A DNA stretch of 20,294 nt. Origin: Utricularia gibba. Lineage: Eukaryota; Plantae; Magnoliophyta. This document shows, one piece after another, positions 1-8,701 of this stretch. A program made the translations under genes and the position numbers. Where the stretch lies: NCBI GenBank assembly GCA_002189035.1, contig NEEC01000296.1, positions 1 to 20,294 on the forward strand, in the 5' to 3' direction. Within the stretch, counting starts at the first letter, position 1. Each line of letters opens with the position of its first letter. The notes under the pieces are model-generated. The model saw only the letters and a list, made by a program, of their open reading frames with translations, had not been told where the DNA came from and searched no databases.

Positions 1-315
1 TCACGTGCACCCCACATGATTTTTTCAACAACTTACTTTATACTTGAGCAGGCGGTCTTTGGGTGCACCTGGAACGGGACAAAGGTAAGGTTTGGCTTGC
101 ACCGAGAGTTAGTTGTAGTCCGGCAAATAAAGTGATGTATTTATTATCGTTCGGTTTTCGGGGGCTGCCTACATGGTTTTTCAAGGAACCGCTTCTCGTT
201 TTGTGGCGGCCAGTCTCGCTGGGAACTTGGTCCTTGACCCCGATTCTGTATGCTCATGAGGTCAACTGGATGCAAATCGATTAAAAAAAATGATGCATTT
301 GTTTAAATTATGATG
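1..315 (+). repeat. Representative class A (majority) monomer
   Basis: Diagnostic linked states: GAGCAGG, GGTGCACCTGGAACGGGACAAAGGTAAG, GAGAGTTAGTTGTAGTCCGG, TTATCG, GAACCGC, CCTTGACCCCGATTCTGTAT, GTCAACTGG, TTATGATG. About half of the monomers are of this class. Confidence 0.95.
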
Positions 316-2163
316 TCACGTGCACCCCACATGATTTTTTAACAACTTACTTTATACTTGAGGAGGCGGTCTTTGGGTGCACTGGAACGGGACAAAGGTA
401 ATTTTGGCTTGCACCGAGAGTAGTTGTAGTGGCAAATAAAAGTGATGTATTTATTATCGTTCGGTTTTCGGGGGCTGCCTACATGGTTTTTCAAGGAACA
501 GCTTCTCGTTTTGTGGCGGCCAGTCTCGCTGGGAACTTGGTCCTTGACCCGATTCTGTATGGCTCATGAGGTCAACTGGATGCAAATCGATTAAAAAAAA
601 TGATGCATTTGTTTAAATTATGATGTCACGTGCACCCCACATGATTTTTTCAACAACTTACTTTATACTTGAGCAGGCGGTCTTTGGGTGCACCTGGAAC
701 GGGACAAAGGTAAGTTTGGCTTGCACCGAGAGTTAGTTGTAGTCCGGCAAATAAAGTGATGTATTTATTATCGTTCGGTTTTCGGGGGCTGCCTACATGG
801 TTTTTCAAGGAACCGCTTCTCGTTTTGTGGCGGCCAGTCTCGCTGGGAACTTGGTCCTTGACCCCGATTCTGTATGGCTCATGAGGTCAACTGGATGCAA
901 ATCGATTAAAAAAAATGATGCATTTGTTTAAAATTATGATGTCACGTGCACCCCACATGATTTTTTCAACAACTTACTTTATACTTGAGCAGGCGGTCTT
1001 GGGTGCACTGGAACGGGAAAAGGTAAGTTTGGCTTGCACCGAGAGTTAGTTGTAGTCCGGCAAATAAAGTGATGTATTTATTATCGTTCGGTTTTCGGGG
1101 GCTGCCTACATGGTTTTTCAAGGAACCGCTTCTCGTTTTGTGGCGGCCAGTCTCGCTGGGAACTTGGTCCTTGACCCCGATTCTGTATGCTCATGAGGTC
1201 AACTGGATGCAAATCGATTAAAAAAATGATGCATTTGTTTAAATTATGATGTCACGTGCACCCCACATGATTTTTTTCAAAACTTACTTTATACTTGAGA
1301 AGGCGGTCTTTGGGGGCACTTGGAACCGGAAAAGGTAGCTTAGGCTTGCCCAAGTAAGTTGTAGTCCGGCAAATAAAGTGATGTATTTATTATCGTTCGG
1401 TTTTCGGGGCTGCCTACATGGTTTTTCAAGGAACCGCTTCTCGTTTTGTGGCGGCCAGTCTCGCTGGGAACTTGGTCCTTGACCCGATTCTGTATGGCTC
1501 ATGAGGTCAACTGGATGCAAATCGATTAAAAAAATGATGCATTTGTTTAAATTATGATGTCACGTGCACCCCACATGATTTTTTCAACAACTTACTTTAT
1601 ACTTGAGCAGGCGGTCTTGGGTGCACTGGAACGGGACAAAGGTAAGGTTTGGCTTGCACCGAGAGTTAGTTGTAGTCCGGCAAATAAAGTGATGTATTTA
1701 TTATCGTTCGTTTTTCGGGGGCTGCCTACATGGTTTTTCAAGGAACGCTTCTCGTTTTGTGGCGGCCAGTCTCGCTGGGAACTTGGTCCTTGACCGATTC
1801 TGTATGGCTCATGAGGTCAACTGGATGCAAATCGATTAAAAAAAGATGCATTTGTTTAAATTACGATGTCACGTGCACCCACATGATTTTTCAAAACTTT
1901 ACTTTATACTTGAGGAGGCGGTCTTGGGGCGGACAAAGGCTTAGGCTTGGCCGAAAGTAAGTTGTAGCCCGGCAAATAAAGTGATGTATTTATTATCGTT
2001 CGGTTTTCGGGGCTGCCTACATGGTTTTTCAAGGAACCGCTTCTCGTTTTGTGGCGGCCAGTCTCGCTGGGAACTTGGTCCTTGACCCGATTCTGTATGG
2101 CTCATGAGGTCAACTGGATGCAAATCGATTAAAAAAAATGATGCATTTGTTTAAATTATGATG

Positions 2164-2475
2164 TCACGTGCACCCCACATGATTTTTTTAACAACTACTT
2201 TATACATGAGGAGGCGGTCTTGGGGGCACTTGGAACCGGAAAAAGGTCAGCTTAGGCTTGGCCCAAAGTAAGTTGTAGCCCGGCAAAGAAAGTGATGTAT
2301 TTATTAACGTTCGGTTTTCGGTGTTGCCTACATGGTTTTTCAAGGAACAGCTTCTCGTTTTTGTGCGGCCAGTCTCGCTAGGAACTTGGTCCGGGCCCGC
2401 GATTCTTTATGGCTCATGAGGTCAACTGGATGCAAATCGATTAAAAAAAATGATGCATTTGTTTAAATTACGATG
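2164..2475 (+). repeat. Representative B' mosaic monomer, B body with A-type tail (others at 4338, 7765, 11175, 11800, 12724, 13656)
   Basis: B states through GATTCTTTAT, then A-type GTCAACTGG...ATTAAAAAAAATGA. Most end in TTACGATG. Confidence 0.85.
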
Positions 2476-2788
2476 TCACGTGCACCCCACATGATTTTTT
2501 CAACAACTTACTTTATACTTGAGCAGGCGGTCTTTGGGTGCACCTGGAACGGGACAAAGGTAAGGTTTGGCTTGCAGAGAGTTAGTTGTAGTCCGGCAAA
2601 TAAAGTGATGTATTTATTATCGTTCGGTTTTCGGGGGCTGCCTACATGGTTTTTCAAGGAACCGCTTCTCGTTTTGTGGCGGCCAGTCTCGCTGGGAACT
2701 TGGTCCTTGACCCCGATTCTGTATGGCTCATGAGGTCAACTGGATGCAAATCGATTAAAAAAATGATGCATTTGTTTAAATTATGATG

Positions 2789-3096
2789 TCACGTGCACCC
2801 CACATGATTTTTTCAACAACTTACTTTATACTTGAGCAGGCGGTCTTTGGGTGCACTGGAACGGGAAAAAGGTAAGGTTTGGCTTGCCCGAGAGTTAGTT
2901 GTAGTCCGGCAAATAAAGTGATGTATTTATTATCGTTCGGTTTTCGGGGTGCCTACATGGTTTTTCAAGGAACAGCTTCTCGTTTTGTGGCGGCCAGTCT
3001 CGCTGGAACTTGGTGGGCCCGCGATTCTTTATGGCTCATGAGGACAAAAGGATGCAAATCGATGAATACAATGTTGCATTTGTTTAAATTGCGATA
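2789..3096 (+). repeat. Representative A/B mosaic monomer, A first half and B second half (others at 6526, 13035, 14593, 17068, 19243)
   Basis: A states up to the TTATCG region, then B states from GAACAGC through GACAAAAGG and GATGAAT. Confidence 0.85.
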
Positions 3097-6000
3097 TCAC
3101 GTGCACCCCACATGATTTTTTCAACAACTTACTTTATACTTGAGCAGGCGGTCTTTGGTGCACCTGGAACGGGACAAAGGTAAGGTTTGGCTTGCACCGA
3201 GAGTTAGTTGTAGTCCGGCAAATAAAGTGATGTATTTATTATCGTTCGGTTTTCGGGGGCTGCCTACATGGTTTTTCAAGGAACCGCTTCTCGTTTTGTG
3301 GCGGCCAGTCTCGCTGGGAACTTGGTCCTTGACCCCGATTCTGTATGGCTCATGAGGTCAACTGGATGCAAATCGATTAAAAAAATGATGCATTTGTTTA
3401 AATTATGATGTCACGTGCACCCCACATGATTTTTTTCAACAACTTACTTTATACTTGAGCAGGCGGTCTTTGGGTGCACCTGGAACGGGACAAAGGTAAG
3501 GTTTGGCTTGCCGAGAGTTAGTTGTAGCCGGCAAATAAAGTGATGTATTTATTAACGTTCGGTTTTCGGGGGCTGCCTACATGGTTTTTCAAGGAACAGC
3601 TTCTCGTTTTGTGGCGGCCAGTCTCGCTGGGAACTTGGTCCTTGGCCCGATTCTGTATGGCTCATGAGGTCAAGGATGCAAATCGATGAAAAAAATGATG
3701 CATTTGTTTAAATTATGATGTCACGTGCACCCCACATGATTTTTTCAACAACTTACTTTATACTTGAGCAGGCGGTCTTTGGGTGCACTTGGAACGGGAC
3801 AAAGGTAAGGTTTGGCTTGCACCGAGAGTTAGTTGTAGTCCGGCAAATAAAGTGATGTATTTATTATCGTTCGTTTTCGGGGGCTGCCTACATGGTTTTT
3901 CAAGGAACAGCTTCTCGTTTTGTGGCGGCCAGTCTCGCTGGGAACTTGGTCCTTGACCCGATTCTGTATGCTCATGAGGTCAACTGGATGCAAATCGATT
4001 AAAAAAAATGATGCATTTGTTTAAATTACGATGTCACGTGCACCCCACATGATTTTTCAAACACTTACTTTATACTTGAGGAGGCGGTCTTGGGGGCACG
4101 GAACGGACAAAAGTTAGGCTTGCCCGAAAGTTAAGTTGTAGCCCGGCAAATAAAGTGATGTATTTATTAACGTTCGGTTTTCGGGGCTGCCTACATGGTT
4201 TTTCAAGGAACCGCTTCTCGTTTTGTGGCGGCCAGTCTCGCTGGGAACTTGGTCCTTGACCCGATTCTGTATGGCTCATGAGGTCAACTGGATGCAAATC
4301 GATTAAAAAAAATGATGCATTTGTTTAAATTATGATGTCACGTGCACCCCACATGATTTTTTTAACAACTTACTTTATACTTGAGGAGGCGGTCTTGGGG
4401 GGCACTTGGAACCGGAAAAAGGTCAGCTTAGGCTTGGCCCAAAGTAAGTTGTAGCCCGGCAAAGAAAGTGATGTATTTATTAACGTTCGGTTTTCGGGCT
4501 GCCTACATGGTTTTTCAAGGAACAGCTTCTCGTTTTGTGGCGGCCAGTCTCGCTAGGAACTTGGTCCGGGCCCGATTCTTTATGGCTCATGAGGTCAACT
4601 GGATGCAAATCGATTAAAAAAAATGATGCATTTGTTTAAATTACGATGTCACGTGCACCCCACATGATTTTTTCAACAACTTACTTTATACTTGAGCAGG
4701 CGGTCTTTGGGTGCACCTGGAACGGGACAAAGGTAAGGTTTGGCTTGCACGAGAGTTAGTTGTAGTCCGGCAAAAAAAGTGATGTATTTATTATCGTTCG
4801 GTTTTCGGGGGCTGCCTACATGGTTTTTCAAGGAACCGCTTCTCGTTTTGTGGCGGCCAGTCTCGCTGGGAACTTGGTCCTTGACCCCGATTCTGTATGG
4901 CTCATGAGGTCAACTGGATGCAAATCGATTAAAAAAAATGATGCATTTGTTTAAATTATGATGTCACGTGCACCCCACATGATTTTTTCAACAACTTACT
5001 TTATACTTGAGCAGGCGGTCTTTGGGTGCACCTGGAACGGGACAAAGGTAAGGTTTGGCTTGCACCGAGAGTTAGTTGTAGTCCGGCAAATAAAGTGATG
5101 TATTTATTATCGTTCGGTTTTCGGGGCTGCCTACATGGTTTTTCAAGGAACGCTTCTCGTTTTGTGGCGGCCAGTCTCGCTGGAACTTGGTCCTTGGCCC
5201 CGATTCTTTATGGCTCATGAGGTCAACTGGATGCAAATCGATTAAAAAAATGATGCATTTGTTTAAATTAGATATCACGTGCACCCCACATGATTTTTTC
5301 AACAACTTACTTTATACTTGAGCAGGCGGTCTTTGGGTGCACTGGAACGGGACAAAGGTAAGGTTTGGCTTGCACCGAGAGTTAGTTGTAGTCCGGCAAA
5401 TAAAGTGATGTATTTATTATCGTTCGGTTTTCGGGGGCTGCCTACATGGTTTTTCAAGGAACCGCTTCTCGTTTTGTGGCGGCCAGTCTCGCTGGGAACT
5501 TGGTCCTTGACCCCGATTCTGTATGGCTCATGAGGTCAACTGGATGCAAATCGATTAAAAAAAATGATGCATTTGTTTAAATTATGATGTCACGTGCACC
5601 CCACATGATTTTTTCAACAACTTACTTTATACTTGAGCAGGCGGTCTTTGGGTGCACTGGAACGGGACAAAGGTAAGGTTGGCTTGCCCGAGAGTTAGTT
5701 GTAGTCCGGCAAATAAAGTGATGTATTTATTATCGTTCGGTTTTCGGGGCTGCCTACATGGTTTTTCAAGGAACCGCTTCTCGTTTTGTGGCGGCCAGTC
5801 TCGCTGGGAACTTGGTCCTTGACCCCGATTCTGTATGGCTCATGAGGTCAACTGGATGCAAATCGATTAAAAAAAATGATGCATTTGTTTAAATTATGAT
5901 GTCACGTGCACCCCACATGATTTTTTCAACAACTTACTTTATACTTGAGCAGGCGGTCTTTGGGTGCACCTGGAACGGGACAAAGGTAAGTTTGGCTTGC

Positions 6001-6213
6001 CCGAGAGTAAGTTGTAGTCCGGCAAATAAAGTGATGTATTTATTATCGTTCGGTTTTCGGGGGCTGCCTACATGGTTTTTCAAGGAACCGCTTCTCGTTT
6101 TGTGGCGGCCAGTCTCGCTGGAACTTGGTCCTTGACCCCGATTCTGTATGGCTCATGAGGTCAACTGGATGCAAATCGATTAAAAAAATGATGCATTTGT
6201 TTAAATTATGATG

Positions 6214-6525
6214 TCACGTGCACCCCACATGATTTTTTCAACAACTTACTTTATACTTGAGAGGCGGTCTTGGGGGCACTTGGAACCGGAAAAAGGTCAG
6301 CTTAGGCTTGCCCAAAGTAAGTTGTAGTCCGGCAAATAAAGTGATGTATTTATTATCGTTCGGTTTTCGGGGGCTGCCTACATGGTTTTTCAAGGAACCG
6401 CTTCTCGTTTTGTGGCGGCCAGTCTCGCTGGGAACTTGGTCCTTGACCCCGATTCTGTATGGCTCATGAGGTCAACTGGATGCAAATCGATTAAAAAAAA
6501 TGATGCATTTGTTTAAATTATGATG
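6214..6525 (+). repeat. Representative B/A mosaic monomer, B start and A remainder (others at 1252, 9640, 15847, 17997)
   Basis: B states up to CCCAAAGTAAGTTGTAG, then A states from TCCGGCAAATAAAG and TTATCG onward. Confidence 0.85.
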
Positions 6526-8387
6526 TCACGTGCACCCCACATGATTTTTTCAACAACTTACTTTATACTTGAGCAGGCGGTCTTTGGGTGCACCTGGAAC
6601 GGGACAAAGGTAAGGTTTGGCTTGCACGAGAGTTAGTTGTAGCCGGCAAATAAAGTGATGTATTTATTATCGTTCGGTTTTCGGGGGCTGCCTACATGGT
6701 TTTTCAAGGAACAGCTTCTCGTTTTGTGGCGGCCAGTCTCGCTAGGAACTTGGTCCTGGCCCCGATTCTTTATGGCTCATGAGGACAAAAGGATGCAAAT
6801 CGATGAATACAATGTTGCATTTGTTTAAATTGCGATATCACGTGCACCCCACATGATTTTTTTCAACAACTTACTTTATACTTGAGCAGGCGGTCTTTGG
6901 GTGCACCTGGAACGGGACAAAGGTAAGGTTTGGCTTGCACCGAGAGTTAGTTGTAGTCCGGCAAATAAAGTGATGTATTTATTATCGTTCGTTTTCGGGG
7001 GCTGCCTACATGGTTTTTCAAGGAACAGCTTCTCGTTTTGTGGCGGCCAGTCTCGCTGGGAACTTGGTCCTTGACCCCGATTCTGTATGGCTCATGAGGT
7101 CAACGGATGCAAATCGATTAAAAAAAATGATGCATTTGTTTAAATTACGATGTCACGTGCACCCCACATGATTTTTCAACTTTACTTTATACTTGAGGAG
7201 GCGGTCTTGGGGACTGGAACGGACAAAAGGTTAGGCTTGGGCCGAAAGTAAGTTGTAGCCCGGCAAATAAAGTGATGTATTTATTAACGTTCGGTTTTCG
7301 GGGCTGCCTACATGGTTTTTCAAGGAACCGCTTCTCGTTTTGTGGCGGCCAGTCTCGCTGGGAACTTGGTCCTTGACCCGATTCTGTATGGCTCATGAGG
7401 TCAACTGGATGCAAATCGATTAAAAAAAATGATGCATTTGTTTAAATTATGATGTCACGTGCACCCCACATGATTTTTTAACAACTTACTTTATACTTGA
7501 GGAGGCGGTCTTGGGGCACTTGGAACCGGAAAAAGGTCAGCTTAGGCTTGGCCCAAAGTAAGTTGTAGCCCGGCAAAAAAAGTGATGTATTTATTAACGT
7601 TCGGTTTTCGGTGTTGCCTACATGGTTTTTCAAGGAACCGCTTCTCGTTTTGTGGCGGCCAGTCTCGCTGGGAACTTGGTCCTTGACCCGATTCTGTATG
7701 GCTCATGAGGTCAACTGGATGCAAATCGATTAAAAAAAATGATGCATTTGTTTAAATTATGATGTCACGTGCACCCCACATGATTTTTTTAACAAATTAC
7801 TTTATACTGAGGAGGCGGTCTTTGGGGGCACTTGGAACCGGAAAAAGGTCAGCTTAGGCTTGGCCCAAAGTAAGTTGTAGCCCGGCAAAGAAAGTGATGT
7901 ATTTATTAACGTTCGGTTTTCGGGTTGCCTACATGGTTTTTCAAGGAACAGCTTCTCGTTTTGTGGCGGCCAGTCTCGCTGGAACTTGGTCCGGGCCCCG
8001 ATTCTTTATGGCTCATGAGGTCAACTGGATGCAAATCGATTAAAAAAAATGATGCATTTGTTTAAATTACGATGTCACGTGCACCCCACATGATTTTTTC
8101 AACAACTTACTTTATACTGAGCAGGCGGTCTTTGGGTGCACCTGGAACGGGACAAAGGTAAGGTTTGGCTTGCACGAGAGTTAGTTGTAGTCCGGCAAAT
8201 AAAGTGATGTATTTATTATCGTTCGGTTTTCGGGGCTGCCTACATGGTTTTTCAAGGAACCGCTTCTCGTTTTGTGGCGGCCAGTCTCGCTGGGAACTTG
8301 GTCCTTGACCCCGATTCTGTATGGCTCATGAGGTCAACTGGATGCAAATCGATTAAAAAAAATGATGCATTTGTTTAAATTATGATG

Positions 8388-8701
8388 TCACGTGCACCCC
8401 ACATGATTTTTTCAACAACTTACTTTATACTTGAGAAGGCGGTCTTTGGGTGCACTTGGAACCGGAAAAAGATCAGCTTAGGCCTTGGCCCAAAGTAAGT
8501 TGTAGCCCGGCAAAGAAAGTGATGTATTTATTAACGTTCGGTTTTCGGTGTTGCCTACATGGTTTTTCAAGGAACAGCTTCTCGTTTTGTGGCGGCCAGT
8601 CTCGCTAGGAACTTGGTCCGGGCCCGCGATTCTTTATGGCTCATGAGGACAAAAGGATGCAAATCGATGAATACAATGTTGCATTTGTTTAAATTGCGAT
8701 A
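8388..8701 (+). repeat. Representative full class B monomer (others at 10264, 14283, 16444, 18621)
   Basis: Linked alternative states across the whole monomer: CACTTGGAACCGGAAAAAG[A/G]TCAGCTTAGG, CCCAAAGTAAGTTGTAGCCCGGCAAAGAAAG, TTAACG, CGGTGTTGCC, GAACAGC, CTAGGAAC, CCGGGCCCGCGATTCTTTAT, GACAAAAGG, GATGAATACAATGTTG, TTGCGATATC. Confidence 0.93.

Noticed and set aside
63-79. CENP-B-box-like GTGCACCTGGAACGGGA, and TTCGGTTTTCGGG at ~150-162
   Set aside because: The first matches only 6 of the 9 essential positions of NTTCGNNNNANNCGGGN and lacks TTCG. The second has 5 instead of 7 nt between TTCG and CGGG and lacks the central A.
81-89. AAAG|GTAAG splice-donor-like site suggesting a spliced-leader RNA gene array
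   Set aside because: The upstream sequence matches no spliced leader I know. The donor is altered in B (AAAGGTCAG/AAAGATCAG) and C (AAAGGCAAC), and no consistent Sm site follows. A search for the upstream ~20-40 nt at mRNA 5' ends would be needed to revive this.
1-315. 5S rDNA, tRNA or snRNA tandem gene cluster
   Set aside because: No recognisable 5S, tRNA cloverleaf or U-snRNA sequence on either strand.
1-315. Assignment to a named satellite (CentO, CentC or other ~156-bp families) or to a species
   Set aside because: Only the half-unit length is similar. I cannot recognise real sequence homology without a database search.
250-330. Cluster of short palindromes near the junction (CTCATGAG, AATCGATT, ATGCAT, TTTAAA, CACGTG, GTGCAC)
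   Set aside because: About 7 six-base palindromes per monomer against roughly 5 expected by chance is not a convincing excess. They are useful only as restriction markers.
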